Origin: the human T2T-CHM13v2.0 reference genome, Homo sapiens
Reading direction: 5' to 3' (one strand)
Assembly: GCF_009914755.1 (NCBI RefSeq)
Contig: NC_060947.1
DNA: 64,000 nucleotides
The notes beneath the pieces were generated by a model. It was not told where the DNA came from and searched no databases. It saw only the letters and a program-made list of their open reading frames with translations. The position numbers and the translations under genes are program-made. This document shows positions 20,188 through 37,721 of this stretch, in pieces. Each line of letters begins with the position of its first letter. Position 1 is the first letter of the stretch.

Positions 20188-20545
20188 TGACGCTGGTGTT
20201 AATGAAATAAAACAAAATAAAATAAGATAAAGAAGAAATGCTTATGTACTTAACTTGAGGCCAAGAGTCGTTTCTTAATACAAGATACAGCTGATCAACT
20301 GACTCAATCTGTATTATTTGCTGTGATTACTTTCCTTCTCCTAAATTGCCTTTATTACAGTTTTTAGTGCTGTTTTGCTTCTGTCCATTTAAAGAGACTG
20401 TGCCCCTTTAAAAAGGACAGAAAAACTTTTTCATTAGGAAAGCCACGTGTCACAGATTGCCAACCACACATGTTTCTGTCTTTCAAGGCTGCGCTCATTC
20501 TCTGACATAATGAAATTTGTCAGGCTTTCTTTATGGTGGGCATCT

Positions 20546-20953
20546 GTATTAGTTTCCTAGGGCTCCTGTAACAAATTAAAACAAACTTGGCAGCTTAAAA
20601 CAACAGAAATGTATTCTCTCACGGTTCTGGAGGCCAGAAGTCAGCAATCAAGGTGGCAGCAGGGCCATCCCCCATCTGAAGTCTCTAGGGAAGAATCATT
20701 CCTTACCTCTTCCAGCTTTCTGGTGGCTGCTTGCATTCCTTGGCTTGTAGACACATCGCTTCAATCTCTGTCTTCACATGACCTTCCTCTACACTTTGCT
20801 CTTCTTATAAAAGCACCTGTCATTGGATTTAGAGTCTATCCAGTAAATCTGGGATGATCTCATCTTGATATCCTTAATTACATCTGCAAAGACCCTTTTT
20901 CCAAATAAGGACTTGCACATATCTTTTCAGGGGCCACAATTCAATCCACTACA
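20546..20953 (-). mobile_element. MaLR LTR (MLT1C-like)
   Basis: tgtattagtttcctagggct...cttaaaacaacagaaatgtattctctcac...cacaattcaatccactaca. Confidence 0.8.
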
Positions 20954-21434
20954 TCATCCAACTCAAAGAGGTATCACTTTTAACCTAATAACACCTTAAA
21001 TCCTATAATGGATTGTTTTCCCTCTCACTTTTTAAATTTTTTTTCTGTTTTTTTTTTTGTTATGAGTATGTATTTCCTATATAATGGAATAATAGAACAT
21101 ATTTTAAATGTACAATTATTTAATGTTTCCTAGTTTCCAACATTTGAACATCACTCAGGAGTTTATAAGTGATGTTCAATATCACTCCATCTGTATCTCC
21201 TTAGATGCCCCCAGTGACACTAAGTGATGGGTCTAACAAACATGATCACTTGAGAGATGTGGAATCTGAGGCTCAGAGACTTGTCCAAAATCTCCTGTCA
21301 CTGTAAATCTGGGTTTTCTAAATCATCATCTTTTCATTATACATCAGATAACAAAGAGTGATTTTTTTTGTTATAAGTTCATACAGAACATGCTCATCTT
21401 CAGTATTAACCTTGATAGAATTGAAAAACCCTGT

Positions 21435-22775
<1,341 letters not shown>

Positions 22776-23235
22776 TGGGCAAACCCTTGATGGTGTTGAT
22801 TCAGTTTTGTGTTTGCCTCTAATAATAAAAGGGAAGTGGGAGATTTCTTGTGGTAGGCAGCCAAACCATTCATCTAAAGATTTTGTGTGTATGTGTGTGT
22901 GTGCTTACTTTGAATTATATAACATATTCCCATTTAATCATTTATATTGACTTTAAAGAAGCAAACAGCATCCATATGGAAAGTTAAATTTATCATGCGA
23001 TACCTTTAGAGATTGCTTCAGAAGTCTCCCATTTAAAAGAAAACAATGATTTGTCTAATCTCAATCACATCCAGTGTGCATGGACCAGGAGATCACAGAA
23101 CCAGAGATGAAATAATAGCGCCTGCTGGGTCCATTGAGAGGTACATATATCATGAGGGGGAAAAGTTCGTCAGTAAATATAATGCAATGCACATCTCTGT
23201 GTGTTGTCTGTTTTTTGTGCCTCTCTCACTTCTGA

Positions 23236-23266
<31 letters not shown>

Positions 23267-23559
23267 CCCCGCTCCCTCTCTCCTCTCCCCCCACCCACCT
23301 ACATGCAAGCCAAGATGCTATGCAGACTCGCCTGGCCTCAGCACTATACACTTGCACAATGCCATACCCTAGGATTGTCTAAGAAGAAAAGGTGACTTCC
23401 TAAATACAAGACATTAGTTATTATCACAGGTTGCAACGTAAAGGAATTTTCTATAATGACCGTAAGCATGCTGAGCAGACCAGTCACACTGGCTCCCCAG
23501 GAAGGGGTCTCGCAGAGTGACAGCAACGCTGAGATCCTTATCATGAATACTTTTGTTAC

Positions 23560-23980
23560 CTCATCCAAATCCTCTTTTCCGGGCCAGTACACCCATTCCC
23601 CAGCTGCCAAGAATGGTGGTTGCTGAGAGCTCACAGCTGCTGTTCTCCAGAGAATTGCTCTTGGCCAAAAGGAGCCATCTGGCAACAGAGATTATACCCT
23701 ACCCTACTACCCCAAAGCCATCCAAAGTCAATGACTGACTGATTCCCAGGCTAGAAAGGCAGGCCCTTGCCTCAAGGTGTGACTGATGGTGTGGTGCAAT
23801 CAAGTTCCAGAGTTCCTGGCAGGATCTGGCTGAAGCTAGTCTCCAGGTGAGACCCTCTCCTTTTTTAAGGTCTTTCCACTGTTCTAGTCTTCTTCCCTCA
23901 CTCTTCAGAATGCTCCCTCAATAATCATTTGCCCAAAAATTGCTGTCTAGGGTTTTGTTTTTAGGACCTTGGTGAAGACA
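23560..23980 (+). mobile_element. ERVL LTR (LTR16-like)
   Basis: gtggttgctgagagctcacagctg...caatgactgactgat...ccctcaataa. Confidence 0.55.
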
Positions 23981-24805
23981 TGGCTTTATGTGGATTGCAA
24001 GAGCAATCCTAGATAGCAGAAATGCCACCTCTCCCCAACACCCCATCAAGAGGACTTGCATTGTCACTCTGACCTCTGATCTCTGCCCTATGAGAGTTCT
24101 CCCTCTCCCTTACCCTTGTGGACAATGAGCCACCAAATAAAGCCTCAATCTCCTCAGTATCTCATCATTCCAAGCTCCCCCCAGTCATCAGGCTCTCTTG
24201 ACTTCTTAACTAGATAAATGCTACTTCCTCCTAACTGGTTTTCCTAACTTTAGGCCTATTAGCTACCTGCTGGTATCTTTCTGAGTGACAGATATGGTCA
24301 TGTTACTTTTCCTCAGAAAATCTCATTGGCTACCTGATTACTATCAGAGTAATAATAGTAATAGTCACCCTTTATTATATACTAAGTGATTTACATTCAT
24401 TATCTTATCCTGTGGCGTAAAACTGCAACAAAGTTAGAATTTCCCCCCTTTTGGAGGGAAGAACACTGAGATGCAGGAAGGGTGAGGAATTCACCTAAGG
24501 TCACACAGCTAATAATGGGAGGATCAGGGAAGAATTCTAGCTGACGCCAAAGCCATGCTCTTAATCTCATCACTAAATTGCCTCTCAGTAAAATCCAGAC
24601 CCAGTATTCTGGCTTTCAAAGCCCTCTATGGACGAGACCCAAAATAGTTTTCCCAGTTTATCTCCCCCTTTCCTTATACTCCTCATCCCAGCTACACCAG
24701 TTAATCTGCTATTCCTCAAACAAACTTTGAACAACCCTCTGCCATACTCCTGTAGTTTTATTGGACTCAAAGGCCTTTTGTCCACACTTCTACCTATCAC
24801 GTCTT

Positions 24806-25310
24806 TGTGGCAGACTATATTTTCCAAGGATGGCTGCAACAATATCTCCCATCCCTCATTCTCTTTTACAATGTGACTTTGACCCTCCTCCCATTGAGAG
24901 GTGGGGCCTATGGTCCCTCCAAATCTGAGCTGGCCTTTGTGAGTCTCTCATTTCCAGTAGAATGTGGCAGAAGGGACGCCACATGATTTCCAAGGCTAGG
25001 TCAGAAAAGTCCATGCAACATTTGCCTGAGACCACCACGCCAAAGGGGCCATGTGTAGGCACTCCGGTTGGCATAGCAGCCCAGTTGAGTTCACGGCTGA
25101 CAGCTGCTGTCAATGTGCCATCTTGGACGCTCAGCCACTTGAGCCTTCAGATGATACCTGATTGTACTCACTTAAGACACCCCAAGCAGCAACAACTGCT
25201 CAGCTGAGACCTTCCTGAATTCCTGAACATAAAATTGTGAGTAAACTAAAATGATTGTTCAACACCACTAAGTTTTGGGGTAAACTGTTACACAGGCATA
25301 GCGATCATGA
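24806..25310 (+). mobile_element. MaLR LTR (MLT1G/H-like)
   Basis: tgtggcagactatattttccaaggatggctgcaacaatatctcccatccc...ccactaagttttggggtaa. Confidence 0.7.
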
Positions 25311-25756
25311 TAGCTCCACAAACTTTCAGTGCCTTAATTAAATGACATTTCCTGTAGGAAGCCTCTCTATCAGGAATTAATTGCTACCTTCTTTAAACAC
25401 TCTTAGCAATCAGCTTCTCAAATATGTCACCTATTACAGTTGGCCTTATGTTACAGTTATTTGTGTGTTTCCCTTTTCCCTTCATTCCACACATCTTGAG
25501 GGTAGGAACAGTGCGGCATTGTTATTTATTAATCTTTACATTCCATAACCACTAAGCCGGTGCCTGGTATCACATAGACACTCAATAAGTGTTTGTTGTC
25601 CTGAACTAAATGGGATAGGAAATATCTTATTCCCTACCAACAGAAGAGAGTTGCAAATCTCTAGGCCTAATGGAGCTAACAGCCTTTTGCTGTATGTCAG
25701 ACTTAGGTAAAAGAATGAAACTTGCCAATAAAAGAGTGAAAAGCCTCCATTAAATG

Positions 25757-26010
25757 GGAGAGACAGTACAGTGTCATATCGTTGAAGACAATGCGTTCCA
25801 TCAGCCTGAGTGAGATTGTCAGCTCTACCACTTACTAGCTACATAATCTTGGTAAGCTACTTCCCACCTGGAAACCTCAGTTATCTTCTCTATAAAATGT
25901 ATCAATAGTGCCCACCTCCTAGAGTTGTCCCGAGGAGAAAATGAGATAATTTTGTAAAGCACTTCATTTGAAGCTTCAATAATAATCCCGCAATAAGTGG
26001 TAGCTATTCA
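25757..26010 (+). mobile_element. MIR
   Basis: cagctctaccacttactagct...cctcagttatcttctctataaaatg core. Confidence 0.65.
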
Positions 26011-27439
26011 TGTTATAGGTAGTGGGCCTATATTAAAATTCCTGGGACAACATCAATTTCATAGTTTCATTCTTTTCTACACAATGATTTGACACATAAA
26101 TAACTAAAAGCTATGTGTAACACTCCTTTTAAATATACCCACAGACGATGAATAATTCTTTCTCAGACCATTTGTCCTGGTTTTTGTTGGAAAAAAATAT
26201 GATCACCAAACCTACAGACCACAGGACCAAAATCGACTGTCCTAGTTGGGTCACCTCTGTGCTGTGAGTACCTCCATACAAGGGCCCGACTTAATCACTC
26301 TCTCACACCCAGTAGTGCTCAGAGAAAGGAGGATATCTTAAAGTGCGTTTGGGTGCCAGCTTCTGTTCTGATAATACTGGCCTCAATTTGTTGCCATGGT
26401 AGCTTGGACTGTAGATAATGCTCCCTAGCTAGGGACATTAGATGAGGCAAAACCCCAAAAGTGGCATATGGAAGCAAAATCTGGACCCTTCCAAGTGATG
26501 TGCAACTCCAGGTCTTAACATTTACATTGTTGGATTCCAAGAGGTGCCATTCATATAGAAGACAATGTAACAGCACCCCTTGGAGTTGTACACCTTGGCA
26601 GCCTGGATCCTGGTGAATGCTCCGTATGCTGCATGCGCCCTTACCCAATCTGCCTTCCCTATTGCGGAAGAAAAAAAAATTAGGAGGACACTTTATTCCC
26701 AATCTACATCTTTAAGTTCTCTAAAGTGTAAGTACCGAGGGATTCTTTATTCTGGGAAAGAGGATAAATAATTTGTGCAATGATTATTTTATAAGACGTA
26801 AAGACATGTTCTCAAACTATTATCTAACATGAAAGGCTCAAAACAGATCTGGTTTTCTGATTTTTTTCATAACGGACAAAACTCTTTCAAGCTAAACTTT
26901 TCATAAACAAATGTTCCAATTTTCTTTTCTCAAAAAATTTCCCTTCCTCCACCAAAACAAATAAGCAAATAAACTTGCTCATGGCGCTACCCATTATACA
27001 ACATCAACACTTATGAGCAGGCCAACAGTGGGGAAGATCATGAAAGAAGATAATTTAAAACATCCCCCCAAAATGAGTTTAAGCATAATGAGGGTTCTGA
27101 AAAAAAAAAATCCTTGGCTTTGTTGTTAATGTGTGCATTTTGTATTATGTACAGGGATTCCTTTGGGTGGCTTCGACAATGCAAAGCCAGTGCTGAATTT
27201 TAAAGCTGAACTACACTCAAATAAACCCAGAGGCAATGTGTTTTCACAGAATGCAATCTCCTACCACTGAGGGTCTGGGAAAAGTCTGCTTAAGTCCATC
27301 CTAATTCCTTCTGCTCCAGCTTTTTTCTGTTTTCTTTTATGTTGTCCTCAGTGGAAATGGGGAAACTTCTCACCATTAAAACCCTTTGCTATATAGGGAG
27401 TTCATCCTCCCTCCTGGGTAGAGGTCATTAGATTTCTGA

Positions 27440-27892
<453 letters not shown>

Positions 27893-28724
27893 TAGGAGTC
27901 TTTGTTAGTGCAGTAGAATAGGACAATGTGAAGATGTGGTGAAAAGTGGGGTTGCTGGGACTCGAAGACCTGGACCCCTTCTCCCAAGCTTCCTTCTTCT
28001 GTACTAAACCTACTTCCCTAGTGCTGAAACTTTTCATCATAATCCATGAGAGCTGTCCACTAATAATAATCACCATTCCTACTACTACCTTTTCAATACC
28101 ACTTACAGAACCCCTAGCAGGGACCAACACATCGAATCCTCATTATAACTTTCCAAGATAGGTATTAATATTACTGTTTTACTGAAAATGCAACTGAGAC
28201 TCAGAAAGATAAGATCACAGGGCTAGAAGGTGGCAGAGCTGGGATTGGATCCAAAGTCTGCTGGACCCCAAAGCCCAAAGCAGGCTGACCCTGGCTTCTG
28301 CAAACCATGTGGCCTTGATCAAATTTGGACCCAGAAGCAGAATCCCCCTTATGGGTCTCAAACGCTTTCTTTTCATCCAGGTATTCCATGCTTTGTCAAG
28401 ATTTCAGAAAAAAATAAAAACCCTGAGACATCAGTCCTTATATCCTATTATATCCTAAAATATACTAAACCTTCCTAACCCATCCCTTTCCCCATGGCAC
28501 TCCCCACCATCTACTTTTCAACACTCCCTGACACCCACAGCAAGTAGAAAGGCCATGTGGTCAGTGGCCACAAGCCTGTTGAGATGGAAACATAATTTAT
28601 TTAAGCAGACATGCATCCCTGTTCCTCTAGAAACAAATGAAAAAAAGGTATGGGTACACTGCACCAGATGTACCATCACCAAAATAATATGCAGCATATA
28701 TTCATTGTTTCATTAATGTTTTTT

Positions 28725-28892
28725 AAATTTTATTTATTTATTTAAGAGACAGAGTCAGAGTGTTGCCCTCACTGGAGTGCAGTGACTATTCACAGGCACT
28801 ATCGCAACTCACTACAATCTCGAATTCCTGACCTCCAGTGATCCTTCTATCCCAACCTCCCAAGGTGGCTGACACATGCCACCATGCCCAGC
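28725..28892 (-). mobile_element. FAM (fossil Alu monomer)
   Basis: ctggagtgcagtgactattcacaggc is the 7SL-like FAM signature. Confidence 0.7.
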
Positions 28893-29045
28893 AGTTTCAC
28901 TAATATCTGAGAGCAATTTGGATGACAAGGTTTTTCTTAACACTTTCTTACATTGCTAGGATGAGTCTAAATTGGTACAATCTCTATGGAGGGCAATTGA
29001 GCAATATCTACAAAATATATAAAAATCACATGTGCGCACATCATT

Positions 29046-29500
29046 TGTCTTAGACTGAGCTTCCTAGAAACAGGCTGAGACAGGGACTCTGTACAGATGA
29101 CTTATTGAGGAAATGTTCTCAGGAGAAACCTGCAGGGGAGTAAGGGAAGCCGGATGGCAGGGGAAGTACCTAAGGCAAAATGTGGTTTTAGAAGCTTAGT
29201 CTCAGCCTGATCCCACAAGGAGCTCTTGAGTGAAAACTGCACCACAGAAATCGTCTTGTCCAGAGACAAGAAGGCTGGGCTGTTATATCCATGCATCTGT
29301 TTAGTCACTGGCCAAGGGCTTTCCCCAGAAGTGTGTGTAACTTTCAAGACGTCTCCAGGTCAGGCAGCAACTGTCAGCCAATAGCAGTTCCCTAGAAAAG
29401 GAAGCAGGTGTGAGCTTTTAGCAACCAACATCTGCAGCAGCTAGAGGATGGGGATGCCAGCCCCATAAAAGATCTGGGCCAGCCGTCAACAATACCTGCC
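29046..29500 (-). mobile_element. ERVL LTR (LTR16-like) inside an old L1M fragment
   Basis: tgtcttagactgagcttcctagaaacaggctgagacaggga...ttattgagga; L1M text on both sides. Confidence 0.6.
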
Positions 29501-29699
29501 ATCATTTGACCCAGCATTTTCACATCTAATCATTTATCCTGAGATATGCTTGCACATGTGCTAAGCGATGCATGTGCAAGTTTGTTCATCACAGCACTGC
29601 TTATAATATGAAAAGGTCCAATAACAAGCAACTGGTTAATTACATTGTGGTACATCCATACAGTAGAATATTAGGTGAATGTGAAAAAAATAAGGAAAC

Positions 29700-29998
29700 T
29701 GGCTCATGCCTATAATCCCAGCACTTTGGGGGGCCTAGGAGGGAGGATTGCTTGAGTCCAGGAGTTTAAGACTAGCCTGGGCAACATAGTAAGTAAGACC
29801 CCATCTCTACAAAAAAAAATTTTTTTTAATTAGCTGGGCATAGTGGCACATACCTGCTGTCTCAGCTACTCAGGAGGCTAAAGCAGGAAGATCGCTTGAG
29901 GCCCAGAGGTCAAGGCTACAGTGAGCCATGGTCATGCCACTGCAATCCAGCCTGGGCAACAGAGAAAGACCCTGTCTCAAAAAAAAAAAAAAAAAAAA
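29700..29998 (+). mobile_element. Alu (AluJ-type)
   Basis: Alu with ggaggtcaaggct J-type diagnostics. Confidence 0.92.
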
Positions 29999-30092
29999 GG
30001 AATCTTTCCACATGTGGATATGGAATGACTTTATATGAAAAAACAAGGTACAGAATACAATATGCATAATATTTTACTATGTTTTCAAAAAC

Positions 30093-30149
30093 ATATATAT
30101 GTATATATATATATGTTCTGTATCAGCATGTATATATATACACACACAG

Positions 30150-30186
<37 letters not shown>

Positions 30187-30200
30187 ATATGTATATGCAT
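30093..30200. repeat. (TA)n/(CA)n microsatellite
   Basis: Direct inspection. Confidence 0.9.
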
Positions 30201-30329
30201 TTGCTTATATATGCTTGAGTTAACCCTGGAAGGATAGATAAGAAACTGGAAACACTGTGGTTGGCAGACAGAGTGGGAGGGGGAGTTTTCAATGTATATC
30301 TCTTAGTACCTTGTGAATTTAGTACTGTA

Positions 30330-30723
30330 TATCTTAGTCCATTTGGCTGCTATAACAAAGCATCTTAGACTGGGTAAATTATAAATAATATAAGTTTATT
30401 TCTTACAATTCTAGAGGCTGGGAAGTCCAAGAACAAGTCACCAGCAGATTCAGTGTCTGGTGAGGGCTTCCTACTTCAAAGACAGCACCTCTTCCTGTAT
30501 ACTTACATGGCAGAAGGGACTTATGCTGTATTCTCACATGGCAGAAAGGCAAAAAGGGATGAATTTGCTCCATCAAGCCCTTTTATGAAGGCATTAATCC
30601 CACCCATGAGAGCAGAGCCCTCATGGTCCAATCAACTGTCAAATACCCCTTAATACCATCAACCTTGGGGTTTAAGTTCCAATATATAAATTTTGGAGGG
30701 ATACGTACATTCACACCATAGCA
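30330..30723 (-). mobile_element. MaLR LTR (MSTD/MLT1A-like)
   Basis: tcttagtccatttggctgctataacaaa...ctagaggctgggaagtccaag...cattcacaccatagca. Confidence 0.78.
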
Positions 30724-30761
30724 CCATATTAATATATTACCTATTCCAATGAAATGAGTGA

Positions 30762-30830
30762 AGATGGATGGATGGATGGATAGATAGATAGATAGATAAT
30801 TGATAGATAGATAGACAGACGGATAGATAA
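30762..30830. repeat. (GGAT)n(AGAT)n tetranucleotide repeat
   Basis: Direct inspection. Confidence 0.9.
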
Positions 30831-32329
30831 TCGATTTGCTCTGAGACTCAGCCAAGAGTTTCTGCCACTCGTTTGACAACCAAGAGAGGTAGAACCAAAA
30901 GGACATTTAAAATTCCAACTGTTTTTCTATTCAGAAGTAACTTCCTTCTCAATTTTTGCTAATATAGACCCCACATTTTCACATAATTTCTGCTTTAACT
31001 AATAACCTATTATTTTCTGATATGATATTTCAGATCTTCCACCCATTCCTATTCCTCATATATCCCCCATGGAAGTTTGATTTCTTTATCGACATGAGAT
31101 CAACCAACTATCGCAACTGCAACAGACTCTCATTCTGAATTGAGCCAAGCTATGGTCCTAAGCTATAACTGAAGGCCAGTATTTACTAAAATGTATTCAC
31201 CAGGGTCTAATTCTTTCAATTCAATGCTAAAAAGTGTCTCAAGACAAAATGACTCTGTAGCCAATAAGTTTTGGTTAAATAGATGCCTTGCTGCAGAATT
31301 TATCAGAGCCTTTAATGTTACCATGTGCATTTCGAATCTCCTAAAGATATAGAATTCCCCCCAAAATTATTCTGTTGCAGAATTGGAGACGGGCTCAGCT
31401 GGGAAGTTCTTGCTTAGAGTCTCTCAATGACTGGCTCAGCTGAACTGGACATCCAAAATGACTTACTCATGTGGCTGGCAGTTTGGTTATTGGTTGGAAG
31501 TTCAGCTGGGCTGACTACTGGAGCACTTCCATATGGTACTAATAGCATGGCCTGAAAGGTTTCAGGGTAGTTGGACCTCTTATGTAGCACCTGCTTTCCC
31601 CACCACATGTGTCCCCGAGAGAACCAGGTGGAAACTACGTGGCCTTCTATGAACTAGCCTCAAAAATTATGCAGACCACTTCTGCTGATTCTATTGGTTA
31701 CAAATAAGTCACTGAGGTCAGCCCAGGTTCAGGGGGAGCAGCCATAGGACCCACCTGGGAATAGGGTTAAAGAATTCACAGACATTTTTAAACCGCCACA
31801 ATTTATTATCACTGCAATTGTACAGATGGGACCCCAAAAATATGTTTCACCAAAACAATTGAATCTATGCTGCTGAAAAGACAAAGTGGTAGTACAGGCA
31901 TTTCAGCGTCGAATATAGTGTTTCCTTAAGGGCTTGGAAGATGCTATATAAACATGCATTGCCATGTAATCAAAGGCAATGGTGGTTTCAGCATAAACCT
32001 GCTCTGGACCGTGACTCATGCCTATCTGTCATAGAATCATGCCATGTGTTAACCGCATGCTTCATTGACTTTCGAAAGTTGACAAATAAAGCTGGTTCAA
32101 AGATTAATTATTGTGTAAAAGAAGGAAAGAGTTGTCAAGTGTTCTGTCAGTCTATTTGATAATCACACCATTTACAACTATGAAGGAACTGTAACATCTC
32201 TGATCAATTAATTTTACCATGTTTATGAAATTGAATTGTGTATCCTTTTTGGAACTACAATTTGAGGGAATGAAATGATGCTCCGCAGTTTAATTTGACA
32301 AAAATAACAAAAGAAACATTAATTTTCTT

Positions 32330-32595
32330 TGAGAGAGAGAGAGGATGTCACCCTGTCACCCAGGCCAGAGTGCAGTGGTGCAATCATGGCTCATTGCAGC
32401 CTCGACATCCTGGGCTCAAGCAATCCTCCTGCCTCAGTCTCCTAACTGGTTGGGACCACAGGTGCATGCCACCATGCCTAGCTAATTTATTTTTATGTTT
32501 TTTAGAGGCTGGTCTGAAGCCCCTGGGCTCAAGTGATCCTCCCGCCTCAGCCTCCCAAAGTGCTGGGATTACAGGCGTGAGCCACCGCCCAGCCC
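32330..32595 (-). mobile_element. Alu (AluJ-type, small internal deletion)
   Basis: Reverse Alu. Confidence 0.88.
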
Positions 32596-32690
32596 CATTA
32601 ATCTTTAGTATAGAAATTTTGAGTCCTCTGTTTACACTGTCAATATTACCTCAGTCTTTCAATGATATTTGCTTACAGAAGTAAAGTTGA

Positions 32691-33026
<336 letters not shown>

Positions 33027-33680
33027 TAGATTTTTTTAAAATGCTGACTTCCTTTACCATCTGACTGAAAGAAGAAAATATTAAAAGGATGTTATTTCAT
33101 CAAGACAGAGAATAAAAAACGAGACGCCCTCCAACACACACACACTTAAACATATTATGATGGAGAAATTTTCTGAGGGCAAGTCTGAGGATTGTGTAGC
33201 CACTCCAAGTCAAGTATCTTCTCCCCAGTCCAGTAAAATGACATTAGCAACAAAAGCTCAGAGTACGTGAGTAATGCATAATTAACACATTTTGAAAATC
33301 ATGTGGCTAAGACAAGTAGGTCTTTCCAAGCTCTTAATGTACAAAAAGATTTTACATATTCAGTGAAGAGAGGAGAGCAAAACAGGCTGGCTGAAGAAGA
33401 GATTTCAAAAAGGTGGGATAATTTTTTAAGTGAGAGGAAGGCAGGTAGCAATTGGCTGCAGAGATAGGGAAAGCAAAGTGTTTTTGTCCTCTCCACCCAA
33501 GGTGGGACTAATGATACTATTCATAGTCCCGCACCGAGTAGGTACACTGGAGCAGGAGAGGACACCCTCAACAGCAGGTCACAGAACAAAAAGCAGGGAA
33601 CAGAACCAATGGGAGAGGGTTGAGGGTTGGAGGGAGGGCGAGGCTGGTCAGGAAACCTGAAGTTATCAGAAAAACAAACT

Positions 33681-34003
<323 letters not shown>

Positions 34004-35774
34004 CTATCTTAAAACACTGGACATCCCTTTCCCAATGGGTTCTTGTCACTTTACTAAGAGTGGCCTAGCTCCACAATCTTTCACTCTTTCTTTGCTATTG
34101 AAGAGGCTACAGGGGGCATTGCTCTGGATCATGTCAAAGATTCAGCATATCTTAAAACTGGGAGGAACCTTAGAAATCATTTGGTTCAGCCATTTTCATT
34201 TTGAGAGAAGTCCTCTGGCTCTCAATACAAGACTACTTTCTTCTCTTCAAAGGTCCTTGGGCTCAATTGTTAGTTGTCAACTTTGTAGGACTATTCCCAC
34301 TTCTAAAGTCTCTTCTGCAAACTCCATTTTCTCAGAGCTCTCTATGAGCTCCAGACTCTTAGAATTGTCCATGATTTCCCACAGGGAAGTCACAGTGGCC
34401 AAATGCCACAGTCTCCCAAACTTCTCAAGCTTTCACTTCATTGCTGGAAAGTGGAAGGTTGGTTGGATCATTGTGAATTTGAGAATTCCTGGAGAACTTC
34501 TGAGAACCACCTGTCCCAGTCCAATGGTTCGTGTTGAAAGCATCAGTGACTGTTTCTTCAGCCTTCCAGCTGCAGCCTTCAGACCCTTACTCCCCCACTC
34601 CTCCATATTCCTGTGATCCTTTAAACCCTTTGTTTCCTGCAATACATACAATGGCCCAGTTTTCCTGACCAAACTCTGCCTTTCTGTAAAGTTTGTCTGT
34701 AGCAGGAGGTGTCCAAACTCTCCCACTGAAGATTGAAAACCAAGATTGCTATTCCAAAGCAGGGGTTGTGGAAGTGATAACTTCCAGAGTGTGGGGTGCA
34801 GTAGTGCCTGGCATAGGAATCACAACACACTGTACCAAGGGACGCCCAAGAGACGTAGACTCACCATGCCTCTTTTGATTGCAAGTATCAGAAACTCCTT
34901 GGAGCAAAAAATATATAGGAGAGGTATTATAAGGACACCTAGGTGTCTCCTGGAATCTAAGGAAGTGTTAGACAATCAAACTTCAGGAAGGGCAGAGAAC
35001 AGGGCTTGAGGAAAATGGGGAACTCATGAATTCCTCTCTCCCCATCTCTAGGTTTTGTTTCTGCATTTCTGCCTTGTTCTTCTCTTTCACTGCTGAAAGG
35101 TTTTCTCCGAATCCCAAGCCAAATGGAATGAAGATTCTGGATTAGTTTACGCAGAAGAAGCAAGTAGAGATAGGAAGAGGGCAATTTTTTTGCACCAAAC
35201 CTCTACTGGGGTCAAGCTCACAAAAATGTAAATGTAGTGCATGCACATAGAAGCCAGAGCCTCCGCCTGGAAAGAGGGCATGACTGGGGCCCTGGTTAAA
35301 AGAGAAGTCTGAGCTGGTGCAGAATCAAATTACAAGAGATGCCAGGGGTTCACTGCGGAAGTGATGGTTTCACTTTTCATGGACAATGGTTCTTCAAATC
35401 TATTTGGAGTAACAAACCCAGGAAATATAAGGCACGTGCGCCACTTGAATTCCATTTCCTGCTACTAAAGGAATGCTGAGTTGAGGCAACTGCCAAACAG
35501 CTCAATAGAGAAAGAATGTCAGTGAAAATAAAACAAATGAAAAGGAAATTTAAAAAAAAGGAAAAGGCACTCCAAATGAAGGTGCAGACAAAGATTCTAC
35601 AACACATGAAAAAATCTCATGCTAAGGCAAAAACATGCAACAAAATAAAAATTTTGATATGAACTCAATACATGTAAAGTCAATGTTATGAGACAGAAAA
35701 AGACTTGAAAATAATTATGTTTGGGATGCTCCAGGAGATCAGTGAAGACAACACATTTATTAAAAAGAGGGCAG

Positions 35775-36720
<946 letters not shown>

Positions 36721-36731
36721 AAAAAAAAAAG

Positions 36732-37070
36732 GGCCAGGAGTGGTGGCTAATGCCTATAATCCCAGCACTTTGGGAGGCCAAGGCAGGTGGATCACGAGGT
36801 CAGGAGTTCGAGACCAGCCTGACCAACATGGTGAAACCGTGTCTCTACCAAAAATAAAAAATTTAAAAAATTTAAAAAAAATTAAAAAAAAAAAAAGAAT
36901 TAGCCAGGCATGGTGGCGCATGCCTGTAATCCCAGCCACTCAGGAGGCTGAGGCAGGAGAATCACTTGAACCCAGGAGGCAGAGGTTGCAGTGAGCTGAG
37001 ATTGATCGCACCACTGCATTCCAGCCTGGGTGACAGAGCCAGACTCCGTCTCAAAAAAAAAAAAAAAAAA
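36732..37070 (+). mobile_element. Alu (AluS-type) with an expanded middle A-rich linker, in the L1 tail
   Basis: Full-length Alu. Confidence 0.93.
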
Positions 37071-37407
37071 GAGGAAGAAGAAGGCAGGGCTCCTTCCCCT
37101 CTCACTGGGTTTCTTCCCTGCCCCCCAGGCTTCTAACCACAGCCCCCAGCCCTTCTGAGCCACCCAACACCCATGGACCTCACCCCCCTCTCCCTTAAGG
37201 CCATTAGTCCCACACAGTGAGCCCAGAGCTATTTCTTTGCCTTTGGGGGCTCTGCTTGAGGAGCAGGAGGCCAGATCCCCTCTTCTCTCCTCTGGGTGCT
37301 GGGCTCAGTGAGTACACTCCACTGTGCTCCCGATCCTGCTCTTGTCTGCCAGATGCCATTTTGCAGAAGGTCTATTCTGCTGTTTTGACAGCTTTTTAAA
37401 AGAAGTT

Positions 37408-37708
<301 letters not shown>

Positions 37709-37721
37709 TGAAGTTAATATG

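Noticed and set aside
23115-23130. CTCF-like tagcgcctgctggg
   Set aside because: Spacing is 3 nt short of the CTCF core consensus
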